64,000 nucleotides of DNA, taken from positions 1 to 64,000 of the forward strand of contig JAUGWO010000121.1 of the NCBI GenBank assembly GCA_049724395.1. The letters are read 5' to 3'. Source of the stretch: Spongospora subterranea f. sp. subterranea. Lineage: Eukaryota. Shown in pieces: positions 11,680-23,085 of this stretch. A program made the position numbers and the translations under genes. Positions within the stretch are counted from its first letter, which is position 1, and every line of letters begins with the position of its first letter. The notes under the pieces were generated by a model. The model had not been told where the DNA came from and did not search any database. It saw nothing but the letters and a program-made list of their open reading frames with translations.

Positions 11680-13346
11680 ATGCCTTTTCGGAATGACGCC
11701 GCTGCAATAACTACAGCGAATCGCTCTGAATACGGCCTTCATCCATTATATGCGACCCGCAAAGATAATATCGAGCTCAAACAACGCAGCAGTGCATGCC
11801 ATGTCGACCTTAAGAACAACGATCAAGTCTATCGAACGACAACGTCATTAGGATCGGCGCATTACGCCGACGACAACATGTTTCACAGCAGGAGTCATCA
11901 GACAATGGACCCATTATTGACTAACCGGCTCAAAGCGAGCTCTTCGTCGGTCGATATGAAACGGGACCTGTACGGGTCCCATATTCGCCTTGGCGATCAA
12001 ACTGATGTAAGACGGGAAGGAAGTACCCATGAAGGATTCCGAACACCTGAAGGATTCCAGCCAAGCCGTCCGGCTTGTTTACCATCATTTGATACGAGCA
12101 ACGTCAAGTTCGGGGCAGATAACAAGCGAAGCTTCGAGACAACCTCGGCGACAAGCTTTCCAAGACGTCCCATTCCGAAAAATGCCGGTGCTTCAAATCA
12201 GACGCGTCTAGCGACGACCATGTCCAGTATCTGTTTGGGGAACGATTCCAGGGAAGCAGGGACGTGGACAACGACCACAAAGGTCATGTTCAACGGATTT
12301 ATTCGTGGCGGGAAGCCAGAACAGCCTTCGGAAAGCGCCAGGAAGTATTTCGCACACGATCATGTTCGATTAGACATTGATCCCGTCGATGAGCCATGGA
12401 GCACAAGTACGGAACAGGAGTTTGTGGATAAATCGAGTTCGGCCGAAAACTTGGCTCAAGCAAGACTGCAATGGAATGAAAGGCGGCGCATCTTGGCCAC
12501 GTCAAGCGTGGCCTTGGGCGACCATCACTCTCCGTTGCAGTCCACTACGAGTAATACTCTCGACTTCCAGCAACCGCGAGCTCAATCCAATGAGGGAATT
12601 GACCCGTGTTTGTGGAAAAGTAGTGTAAAAATGGAATCGGTATTCGGACAAAGGTAGTCGACGACTCTCTGGCTAAGCTGATTATAGGGGGACACCGTCA
12701 ATACATGGACCACAGCTTATGACAATGATTTCCATTCCAAATCATCTGGATCAGGAGCGTTCGATAATCAATTCGTGAAAGACATTCGTGATAGGATGGC
12801 GAATCGTTCGGGAATCCATATCGGGGATGGGGCAACAGATGACGATCATCACTGGGATACGACAATGCACGAACATTTCAAGGAGTTAGGCCCAGAAGCG
12901 ATCAACATGCTGAAGGAAGGATCGAATAAGGCCATCAATACTAAGAAGAGCTTATTGGAATGTCATGTGAAGATTACAGATGGGTCGACAAGGGTGTTGC
13001 CCAGTTCCACATCTTCTGGCGTCTATTCACCTAAGACCATATCCAGGTCTCTCAAAGAAACTGATCATGTGAATCTGATGAGCAAATCCAAGGGCGCGTC
13101 CAGCGTCACTGTAGGTCACGACCTTCAATTACAGATTGGCACTGAATATCTGTGGCAGTTTGGGAGCGGAGGGACTGAAGGGTGGATCAGGAAGATACGA
13201 TGGGGAATCCGGGGGCGGTGGGGCGGACGGCGCCTATGACCCAACACCTTCAGCGATCTCATTTCACATTGGGAATAAGGAATAGCCGATCCGATACATA
13301 TTCCACATTGAGTCTTGGGTCAAACCATTATAAACAGCTAGGGTAG
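11680..13346 (+). CDS. SAXO/TEX45-like axonemal microtubule inner protein (repeat-rich)
   Basis: Recurrent S[SH][IV]xLG...(W/F/Y)xTT motifs. Intron 12640-12687 joins the ORFs in frame. A final LQRSHFTLG repeat lies in another frame (~13245), so the 3' end is uncertain. Confidence 0.55.
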
Positions 13347-13570
13347 TAAACCACACCTAATGGTTAACCCGTTCTCTTGTTTTCTTCTATCCGCGTTTTG
13401 AACAACAATCTAAAAGACATCTCAAATTTCAGAAAGTCTCGGGACTACGCCTGAATATCGACTGATATTACTGAATGTTTATTGATGAGATTGAGTTAAG
13501 AGATGATATGTAGCTGGTAGAGGGTGGTAGCAATTGTTGATTGGGGTTGACCCCATGACAAGGTGATGTG

Positions 13571-13708
13571 GATTCGCCACTTGTCGCACGGTACAGTATA
13601 CTGTATAGTGTATACTGATCCGCCACTTGTCGCACGGTACAGTATACTGTATAATGTATACTGATTTGCCACTTGTCGCACGGTACAGTATACTGTGTAG
13701 TGTATACT
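13571..13708. repeat. Tandem repeat, 3 x 46 bp, each unit with a palindromic core
   Basis: Units start at 13571, 13617 and 13663. Core TACAGTATACTGTA is a perfect 14-bp palindrome (last base differs in unit 3). Confidence 0.95.
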
Positions 13709-13881
13709 GGGTAAAACTGTGATGATGAGGGTTGCGTCGATGACTCTAATGGGGAGCATGTTACCGACAGTGCCATCTTCCAGTACGCGTATCGTGAAGT
13801 CCATGCCCATGCCCATGGCGTAAATGTTGATCAGATCTCGCTCGCCCCTGATAAATTTCAACCCATCGATAGTCCTTCACC

Positions 13882-15991
13882 ATGTCCACTGGATCATTGA
13901 GTTCATTGTTCCGAGGCCGTTCAGTGACAATCCAGTCTGAACTGGCATCTCTACGATATCGGTTCTCGCGGCTCCTGCGGCAGGATGCGCCACCTGAGAA
14001 ATTCGCCGAGCTCAAACGAGAGCATCAGGCTTTATTACTGCGATCGGTTCACTCTGAGCATCTTCCGGCTGTTATCACCGATTATTTCGCACGATTCAAT
14101 CTGGACGTTCATGTGATCAACGCGGCTATGCAGTATTGCACAGGTATTGTGATTATCAGTTGTCATGGCTATCACCAGCTGCTTCATGACCGTCTCGTAT
14201 TTTAGAACTTGCGGATAGTATACGATATTCTGAGGCAGCTGACAATCGATCAGACCCGTATCTGAGGCAGCTGACAATCGATCAGACCCGTATTTACGAA
14301 AGAGGCCGAGATCGTTGCGATCGATGCCATTACATGATGAACGGCCTCGTAAAGAGACCCATTATCGTAATGTTGACCAAACCGTATGTGTGGCTGAATT
14401 GCCGCCAACCGAAGCGCGATTACTGCCAACCGGCCGATACGGTATCAACCTGCGAAGCGCTGACGACTATAGGAGCGATAATCAAGACGAGTCGAGGATC
14501 ATCTGTAAGCACATTATAGGGCTTCTGCCCAAGATACAGTGCAATTCCAATACATATCGTTTGGCGATCAAGATGGCGTCCAGGTTCGGATCGGCCGATA
14601 TGTGTCAAATGCTGGTCGACCAGGCCATGGGCCGAGGGCTGTCGCTGACAACCCTGTCGTGGTGCTCGCTGATTGCCGCCTATGGTCGTGAGAAACGACT
14701 GCATGAAGCGTCGCGTGTATTCTCAATGCTCCAGCAACAGAAGGTGACACATGTTCAGCCGTATAAAGCGATCATGACGGCCTTTGGCAAGTTTGGGGAA
14801 ACCGATGTCGTTTGGCGTTTGTACGAGCGGATGAAATCAGAAAATATCAAGCCGACGGCGCTGATCTATGAGACCGTTCTGCATTTCATGACGGTGGGAA
14901 ATCGAATCAAGGAATTGCTCCAAGTTCTAGAGGATATGGAAGCGGCTGGAGAACATCCTCTGGGTCCAATAGTCGTCGACGTGGTGCAACGTCTGGGAAT
15001 CAGCCACGTTGATTACTCAATTCGACTGTGGCAACGGATGAACGATCCGACGATGAACCGGGAATGGCATCTCGTCGCTATTCAATTGGCATGCGTCTAT
15101 GCAAGGGCGCGTCGCATCCGACAAGCTGACGATGTCCTCCAGGCGCTCAAACGCCATGGCAAGTTCGAGTTCAACGCGCTCGACAAATGCGCATTGGTTG
15201 GTGCGTTCTCTGCCAGCGGTGAATACGATAGAGCCAAGGCTCTTTTGATGAAATGGTGCAAAGACCTAGGCGATGTACCTTTCAATCAACGGAATGCCGT
15301 TAATCAGGCCGTGTCAGATCTTTTGGAGAATTCCCGTTCCAGAGATGACATTGACGACGTGATGACGATCTCTCTCGATTCGAGGTTTTCTCTAATGGCG
15401 CGGACAAGTAAGTTCCCGAATACCCGAACCCTCTACGCCACTCGTTGACAATCTTTCATGACAGTTAACAAGGCGCTTCGCATGTATACCCGTTGGCATG
15501 CGACCTCAACAGACATGGACGTCTTCGAGCGGCGACTTCTGCAGTCGGCATTATGGCCGGCCGATCTATATCCGGCTCTGATTCTCGCGTGCGTTGAGGC
15601 CAACGACATGCCCCGGTGCTTGCGGTTGGTGACCAACGAGATCAAGTCGTTGAGCCTGAACGATAGCGGTGCTTGCCTCGTGCGACGTGTCAAGCATCGC
15701 CTGCTTTCCTGTGCGCAAAACAGCAGCAACGACGTGATTCGAGCCGATCTTCACGCCGAACTGCTATTCGGGATGGGTATTGACATGTACCCTGGGAATT
15801 TCGTGGCGTTCGCCAAGTCCTGTATCAAGCTGCGGCGATGGGATTACTTTGACCGGCTGGTCGAGGCGATGGCTCGTTCCAATCTCCGACTACCTGAATC
15901 GCTCATGCGTCAAGCTGAATCATTCATCAATGACGATAGGCCAACCGCATCCACTCAACCTGGTTTGACTCCCCAAATACATGTACCTTAG
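13882..15991 (+). CDS. Pentatricopeptide-repeat (PPR) protein, frame broken by a 32-bp duplication
   Basis: PPR motifs SWCSLIAAYGREKRLHEASRVFSML and YKAIMTAFGKFGETDVVWRLYERMKSENIKP. Introns 14144-14205 and ~15408-15463. Start uncertain. Confidence 0.75.
14229..14292. repeat. Exact 32-bp tandem duplication
   Basis: TCTGAGGCAGCTGACAATCGATCAGACCCGTA occurs at 14229 and 14261. Confidence 0.95.
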
Positions 15992-16050
15992 TTTCGCCAT
16001 TTCCCCCCATCGGGATCTTTGCCTCAGCAGATATTTTGGAACCTTGATCG

Positions 16051-17403
16051 ATGAAGGTGGTGGCGATCAGCGTGATTGACAGTCGGGAAATTGATCCATG
16101 CTGGAAATGGCCATTGGATCAAACGGCGTCTCGTGTCCAATGGCGTATGTGCAATATCGAGCGTATTCCCCATTCTGACGATATCGTTCATGATGGGCAG
16201 ATCGCCGTCCTCGACCTATCGCTGAACAGCCTCAGCACGATATCGTCCCGCATCGCCGCCTTTTCCTCGCTTCGCGTCCTGAATCTATCGCAAAACCTAT
16301 TACGAACGATATCGATGAAGGGCCTGCCGAGCCTGGTCGACCTAGATCTAGGTCGCAATCTACTGACGACGATCGAAATGTTGCATCTTCCATCGCTGCT
16401 CCGTTTAAACCTGGCCGGGAATTCCCTATCCGATTTCCTGGCCAACCTTGACCTACCCGTGTTGACTTCCCTGGATCTCACCAGCAACACGATAACAACC
16501 CTGGACGGGATCCGTCGCCTGGCCAATCTCAATATCCTCATCGCTGAACACAATCTGATCGACGACCTCTCCCCGATAATGCCGTTATCGTCGTTGACCG
16601 TCGCCCGATTCGCCTGCAATCGATTGGCGTCGTTGACCAATGTTCGCCAAGTCTTGCTCTGTATGAAGTCGTTGACCGCTCTGACGTTCTGGGGCAATCC
16701 GATCGCATCGGACCCAATCTATCGGCTAACGATATTGGAAGCCGTAACTGCCGATCTCCTCGACGAGCAGACCGTTGGCAGATCGACGAGGGAGCGGTTC
16801 GCCAAGATGGCGACAGACGAGGCCATTACGGATCTGATCAGCGCGATCACGAAGGAGTTCGGCGCCTGTGTTGAGAGCGAGGAATCCCTTGCCGAGGAGT
16901 ATATCGCCGATATCAGACGGCTAGAGCGGGAAGCGGAAACAGGTCTGGCCGCCTATAGAGACATGATCAACCAGGAGCTACGAGAGACCATATCGTACCT
17001 GCAGATGGCGCGATCCAGACAGGGCTGGGCGGTCGGGCGAGAGGCGCTGGTGGAATGGAGGAGGCAGGTCGAGCAGATGGAGGCGGATAGGGGGAAGGCG
17101 GTTGAGGACCAGAGGAAGCGCAGACAGGAGCAGGACAAACGACGACGTGAGAAGGCGATCGCAACACGCCATATCGACCACAAACTGTACACGATATCGC
17201 TGAGGAAACCGGGAATATGGAGGGCGATGAAGGCGCGGGAATTGGAATTACAACAACAGGAGCAAGGATGTGGCGTAAGGGAGGTCGTGGCCCAGATGGA
17301 TCTGCTGCCAAAGAATACAACAGGGACGGGCGGAAATATAGACGGTGCCGTTGATGGGCATAAACTCATTGACGATTATGTCAATCGCGTATTACACCAA
17401 TAG
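16051..17403 (+). CDS. Leucine-rich repeat protein (SDS22-like LRRs, LRRcap, C-terminal coiled coil)
   Basis: Multiple LxxLxLxxN repeats, GNPI...YRL cap, charged helical tail. Single 450-aa ORF. Confidence 0.85.
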   Translation: MKVVAISVIDSREIDPCWKWPLDQTASRVQWRMCNIERIPHSDDIVHDGQIAVLDLSLNSLSTISSRIAAFSSLRVLNLSQNLLRTISMKGLPSLVDLDLGRNLLTTIEMLHLPSLLRLNLAGNSLSDFLANLDLPVLTSLDLTSNTITTLDGIRRLANLNILIAEHNLIDDLSPIMPLSSLTVARFACNRLASLTNVRQVLLCMKSLTALTFWGNPIASDPIYRLTILEAVTADLLDEQTVGRSTRERFAKMATDEAITDLISAITKEFGACVESEESLAEEYIADIRRLEREAETGLAAYRDMINQELRETISYLQMARSRQGWAVGREALVEWRRQVEQMEADRGKAVEDQRKRRQEQDKRRREKAIATRHIDHKLYTISLRKPGIWRAMKARELELQQQEQGCGVREVVAQMDLLPKNTTGTGGNIDGAVDGHKLIDDYVNRVLHQ

Positions 17404-17726
17404 TAGCTATTGATCTCCTCAATTTCAATACTGACCAAGGGCCAATGCGCTTTTTCGATAATGAAAACAAAAACTATTTCTAAATCAAAGATAATGAATA
17501 AAATAGCAACTAGATAGGAGTAAAATCTAATTGTTAAGCGTCTCCAAATGGTTAGGTACTAAAACAATTGTGTTGTCACGCGTGGCGACCCGTTGCAAGA
17601 AACCCCATCGAATGATTGATCAGGCAGCAACACCCAGGGCCACAATATTCAATCGAACAATGGGACAGTGTATTAATGAGAGGAGGTGGATATGGATTAT
17701 GGAGAATGGGGCGCCATGTCATCTGG

Positions 17727-17939
17727 TCATGGAGCTGGCAGTGATTCATACTGGATCGATCGAACTTCGTCATCCGTTATCACCGTTCGACGCTGGAACT
17801 CGGTTATCGATATTCGCCGCCGAACAAACAGGGGCAGTGGTCTTGAATCGACCTCATTCCCAATGGCGACGTTGCTGGAACAGGCGATGATCAATAACGA
17901 CATGATGATCAGCAGAACGATCGGCAGGGGAGAGCCCAT
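17727..17939 (-). CDS. Candidate small secreted protein (70 aa)
   Basis: MGSPLPIVLLIIMSLLIIACSSNVAIG: hydrophobic signal-peptide-like N-terminus followed by a short polar, Arg-rich body. Confidence 0.4.
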   Translation of the reverse strand: MGSPLPIVLLIIMSLLIIACSSNVAIGNEVDSRPLPLFVRRRISITEFQRRTVITDDEVRSIQYESLPAP

Positions 17940-18099
17940 ATCCGACCAAACAACTAGTAGAATGGGATGAAATGGCCGACTGTGATATAACGGATCACCC
18001 CAATTGACAATCGTCAGTCGGCGAATACAACATCCTGTGAACACAATGGCCCAGTTCACGTGATGGGACTGGGGTCAGGCGCGCACGAACCTGGCTCAA

Positions 18100-19450
18100 A
18101 ACGGGAACTTCATGCACCATAACTTGGAATTACAAATGGAATTGCGACAAAGATTGTCAAGGACCTGACGATGTTGCGATCTCTACAATGTTGTCTGGTA
18201 GTCGCATTGATAACGTATTGCAGAATGAGCAGTATAAATAGGTCCCTGACGGCTACTGATGACGATTATCATGCTCCGAAGTGTGTGGCGTTTTCACAGT
18301 AATGCCCTCCCAGACTAAGGCCCATTCATACCGCTCATTCTAGAAAGCATATCAATACACGCTGTTGAGATAAGACAACATTGTCGGTTCATGAAGAGAG
18401 GCTAATACAAATCTTCGATTCCCGAACCAAGACATGAGCGGGAAAAAATCCAGCAATCATGATTTGGTGTGCACCGGTTCTTGACAAGCAACGTGTTTGT
18501 TGTATGGGTATGATACTACTGGTTTATCATGAATTCATCACAGCCCAACAAATATCGGAAAACCTGAGGGGACACGTCGATTGCTCGATACGAACCTCTG
18601 TTGAGTCTCAGGAAATGCCCCAATCACACGCAGACAATATTGTCATGAAGATCGTCGTCGAGGGCATTCTCGAAGGCTCGCGCTGAATCGCCAGCTATGA
18701 GCAGGTGAATCCTCAACCGTATGCGATATCAATGAAGCCATCGTAGACTGACCGTGTCGATTAGACAGCCCATACCACTGTTCCGGTCATGGACCGACCA
18801 CCATCTCTAGATCATCCCAGTAAAATTTCACGCCACGATGGGTAAAATGCATTGAGGAAGTTGAGCACCGCGTCAAACATGATCTCATCAGTATTGCCGC
18901 TCGTACAGAGGTATGGGCAAGCAAAATGCATCTTGTGATGGAAAGCGGGCGGGTACGGCGGAAATACGACATGCCATGAGGAATCGAGGGCTGTCAAAAC
19001 CCCAGTGAATATATCGAGAGAGACTGGGAGATGGTCGGAAGGTCACCTGCTCGACTATGATTTACAGCAATCGACAAATGGGGCGGATTTCTGAACGTGC
19101 TTGTTTGTTTGAAAGATATCGACGGCATCATCAAACGTTTTCTGGCTATAGGACGACCGGAGGTGGCACATGCAGGTCAATCAATCAGTTGATGGTTGTG
19201 AGGGCACCCATATTGGCGAACCGTTGTTTGAACCCGCGGCGACCACTGGTGAAAACAATTGGTTGGGAGCGGTTCAAGTCTTGCCTCACCTTGAGGTTGA
19301 CGAGTTTGATCATGAGATGAGAGTGAGTCAACAAGCATTTGCCTCATTTTTTAAGGATATTGAAGGAAATAATGCACACGGCATGTATTGTGTGATTACA
19401 ACGTACTGTAGGGGATCCTGTTTGTCATAATCAATCCCAAAATCCTCAGA
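18100..19450 (-). mobile_element. Degenerate hAT transposase relic
   Basis: Minus-strand blocks ALDSS, EIMFDAVLNFL...SWREILLG*SRDGGRSMTG (TDGAxxMxG-like) and STCPLRFSDICW (CP...TRW-like), with stops and frameshifts. Boundaries approximate. Confidence 0.6.
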
Positions 19451-20052
19451 GAGAAGTTTGGATTCAGCTAGCGTTCGCAATAGATAAAATACCTAGGTCA
19501 TTTCGGGAACGGTGCACCCCATCCACTTGTGAAATACCTGATCAGTAATCTCATATCGCTTTCACAATAAACATCAGCAACGCTCCAAGAATTTTGTAAA
19601 CTAATCATAATCAAAAAGTGCTACCGAAATCCGGTTGAGATTAACCTCAAACAGGTTCAGGGACACGTCGATCAGTATCACATAAAACAGCCTCAATTCT
19701 AACCACAATCATCATTACCAGCTCATTATTCGATCGAGATTAGTGTCAATGATTTCTGGTGAACAAAATCAGTTGGCCTGGAAATATCGTTGGATAGAAG
19801 TGATAGAGCAACTGTTATTTCCTGCTGAGATACTGATGGAATTTCAAAAGCGTTACCGATAACATCGGCTGCTTTTGAAAAATCGTTTGATAGTGAATAT
19901 AAACGTGCCAAGTCCTCCCCCATTGAGTATCAAAATGAATAGTCAAGTAATTAAAGAGACCTACAGTTTATGGACCTATTGATATATAAACTCGATATAT
20001 AATCCACAACATCTCAAAAGTCATAGCCGCAATCGGGGCCTTGATCATGGTA

Positions 20053-21018
20053 CTAACTGCCTCTGGAATTTTGAAGATTACGAAAAATTTTGCTCATTCG
20101 ATCCAAAACAATTCTGAATAATTTCAAATGCGAATACTCTTGACCAGATGAGCAATTAACTACAATAAGCTTTGTACGATTATAAATATGGTCGATAACG
20201 GCCCAAGTTGTCCAGGATGTCGATAATATTTCATATCCTTTGATAAGACATTCAAGTCGATCCTGTCGAGTGATAATGATCTTGTCATCATTTCCCTGAT
20301 GGTGAATATCCGTTGGTCGATTTAATTGACTGCAATAATTCAATAGTACTTCGAGAATGATGGATGAGTCGCCGATGGATGAGTCGCCGATGGATGAGTC
20401 GCCGACGGATGAGTCGCCGACGAAATACGTTAACACTTCCAATAGTTCTTTGACCTCCAATAAATTAATTCCTTCATTATTTGTGAGTTGATGTGCTATT
20501 GTCCCAATATGTTTAAGCGTTTGATCAAGCAATTTAGGGAGGTGATATTTGCGACATAACGTTATTCCATAAATCCATTTCGATGATTTCATCTTGATTT
20601 GATTTATGAGTTCCAGTTCGCACTGCTCTTTAACTTCATTGCTCATCATGAAATTGGCGATTATAAGAATTAAAATCACATCTTGGATAGACTGATACTG
20701 AGATGGGTTTACTAGACCGTAAACTGTTCGAAGGAAAAGGTCGAACAGCCGATTGGCCTCACCAGGTGAAAGGTTCACAGACCCAATTGACTCTGGTATT
20801 GATATATCCGGTAATACAATATCACATATTGATCGTGATCCCGAACAGTTATCGTTATGATCCTGGGGCCATTTCACATATTGTTCGATCATTGAGCAGG
20901 CGGGCATCATCACCGCTTTATGAACATAGAAATCGACCTTCGATAACCTAAGAACTAAATCACTCGATGACTCGTTATTGAATAACGCCTCTAAAGCTGC
21001 AGTCTTTTTACAGTTCAT
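20053..21018 (-). CDS. BTB/POZ domain protein, intronless
   Basis: SDLVLRLSKVDFYVHKAVM...FDLFLRTVYG...ILIIANF...VKEQCE matches the BTB pattern, followed by a BACK-like helical region. Confidence 0.8.
   Translation of the reverse strand: MNCKKTAALEALFNNESSSDLVLRLSKVDFYVHKAVMMPACSMIEQYVKWPQDHNDNCSGSRSICDIVLPDISIPESIGSVNLSPGEANRLFDLFLRTVYGLVNPSQYQSIQDVILILIIANFMMSNEVKEQCELELINQIKMKSSKWIYGITLCRKYHLPKLLDQTLKHIGTIAHQLTNNEGINLLEVKELLEVLTYFVGDSSVGDSSIGDSSIGDSSIILEVLLNYCSQLNRPTDIHHQGNDDKIIITRQDRLECLIKGYEILSTSWTTWAVIDHIYNRTKLIVVNCSSGQEYSHLKLFRIVLDRMSKIFRNLQNSRGS
20359..20418. repeat. Coding minisatellite, 4 x 15 bp (GDSS[IV] repeats)
   Basis: GA(T/C)GGATGAGTCGCC x4 within the BTB ORF. Confidence 0.95.
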
Positions 21019-21580
21019 CTCTGACCAGTAATCTACTCTGCCCTAATCCTATTGTATGCGGTGCCGGTGCCACACCCAAGTCGCTAAATTCCGCAAATTA
21101 TTGTTCATCCGATAGTTCCGATGGTATGTAGGAGTAGATCATTTCGGGAACGGTGCACCGATCGGAAAATGTCTCAAAGAAAACATCGTATGGTTCAATC
21201 ATAATTTATACCAAACGTGTAATTTTAGCATTGAAATCACTATCAACTAAATATATTCGATGGCCGGACAGATAGGTATTGTTGGTTGCTGGTGCGGCGC
21301 AGCTTCTCAATTATCTTCCGCTGCACGATGGGATGCGGAGGCACGAGATGCGACCATAGAAACACTTATCCGGAGGTCGACAGCCTTCGTCAACCAGTAG
21401 GTCGGGAGAACCGGTTTTCCCTGGGAAATCCTGCGGTCAATGGTTTCCGCCGCCCATCGTCCACCGTTATCGGCACCGCCCGGCCATGTCTGTGGCGTCC
21501 CGGCCTCCCATACCAGTCCCCGCCTCCCCTACCAGTGATGATTGGTCACCCTAGTGTACATTAATCACCCAATCTTCCGG

Positions 21581-23062
21581 ATGGGGTCCAGTACATACAG
21601 TATGAGCGGCCTCTGCTTTAGACGACTGTATTCAGACCAGGGACGATATTCCATTTGACAAAACAGCAGTTCCAAATGCCCAGCAAATCGAGGTTAGGTG
21701 ATGCTGGGTCAGCTCGCGCGGCCTTGCTTTCATTAAACACGCCATCACGCTCCTTGTATGATTGTGAGCAAGTTTCAGCTGGTTATAGCCTAAAGTTTAT
21801 GGCGTTAGATGCCCGTTGGTTGTTGAGGGAGCTGATCTAGCACTTCATTATTTTGCATGCGCTGGTGTTAAATCTGGCAACCCGATTCAGATACTAGCTT
21901 ACAATGATGATTCATTGGCAATTGAATCCTGGTCTCTCAAACACTCGTCACCCGGGAACATCTGGAACATGTCGACTTTGGTTTCTCTTCCGAGGTTTTC
22001 AACGCAATAGAGCTCATCCGCATTGTAGATCTGAACATGAACTCAGGTCGGTTCTTATCACAAAAAGTGATGCTAATGCCCCACGAGCCTCAAGCACCGC
22101 GTCAATCAGTGTTATCCAATACGCATCGTCCGATAGTGAAAGTTCTAAACAAGTTCCCATTTCCATTTCAGAAACTGTTTCATTCCCCAAACATCCAGCT
22201 GAGATGACCTATGCGACGTTTTGTGACGCAGGTCAATATATCATGAGAATGAATGTATCTGCTCAACACATTGCCTGATTGATAACTGATAGATTCTGTT
22301 GTTACCCTTGATCGCGAGACCTTAAGACATTGGCATATTGATCGAGGCTCGTCGGAGCCTAATTTGTCGGATGGTTTCGTATTCGGAAAAGTCCCCAATC
22401 TTCGAGTTGGAAAGCCAGACCCGCTTTCTGCTGGACGATTCATTGCCGCGAGTGGTGCAAATGTCAATGTATTTGACTGGCGCCAGGCTTCACCCTCTGA
22501 AAGCGCCTTGCAAATTTCATCAGCTCATCCCGCGCCGATTCAAGATTTAGATATTAACCCGAACAAACCCCATCATTTGGTGACTGCAGGTATTCATGTA
22601 GTCGAGGTAGCGCCGAATTCGCTGAGTTTGTATATTTCAGGCAGTGATGGGAGTATTAGGTTTTGGGATTTGAGGCGCCCCGATGCGCCGATATTAATGC
22701 TGTTAGGTCATACCCACTGGGTCGAGTCGGTCGCGTATAATCACGTCGGTACCATTATGCTTTGAACCATTTCATGCTCAAACAGAATGTTTCAGCATCA
22801 TGATCAGCTCGTTTTATCTGGATCATCAGATTGCACAGTACGCCTCTGGAGTGCACAGTCGGTTTCGTCCGCCCCCTCAATAGGCTTAGATACAAGCGAG
22901 TCGCCGAATAGAGTTATTGAGATCATCAAAGACCATGAGGATAGTGTGTATCAAGCATGTTGGTCAGCTAGCGATGCATGGGTTTTCGCGTCGCTCTCGT
23001 ACGACGGACGAGTGGTCGTGAATAATGTGAATCAAACGGAAAAATACAAGATTTTGCTCTGA
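21581..23062 (+). CDS. EIPR1: WD40 protein EIPR1/TSSC1 (EARP/GARP-interacting), multi-exon
   Basis: DLDINPNKPHHLVTAG, FWDLRRP, HTHWV, HDQLVLSGSSD, HEDSVY...WS...AWVFASLSYDGRV...EKYKILL, the family-typical C-terminus. Start approximate. Confidence 0.85.
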
Positions 23063-23085
23063 CTGAAGCGTTTAAAATCAATAGT

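Noticed and set aside
13571..13708. CRISPR-like array
   Set aside because: Units are contiguous near-identical repeats with no unique spacers, no cas genes, and the context is eukaryotic.
13468..13861. Minus-strand ORFs with repeated YTVYCTVRQV / YTVPCDKW peptides
   Set aside because: They are translations of the 46-bp tandem repeat, whose period is not a multiple of three.
16188..17369. Long antisense ORFs over the LRR gene (similar ones over TIM44 and PPR)
   Set aside because: Shadow ORFs of GC-rich coding sequence with no recognisable motifs.
18459..18686. + strand MIWCAP as the hAT W-C-x-x-H motif
   Set aside because: Wrong strand relative to the other hAT blocks and lacks the His.
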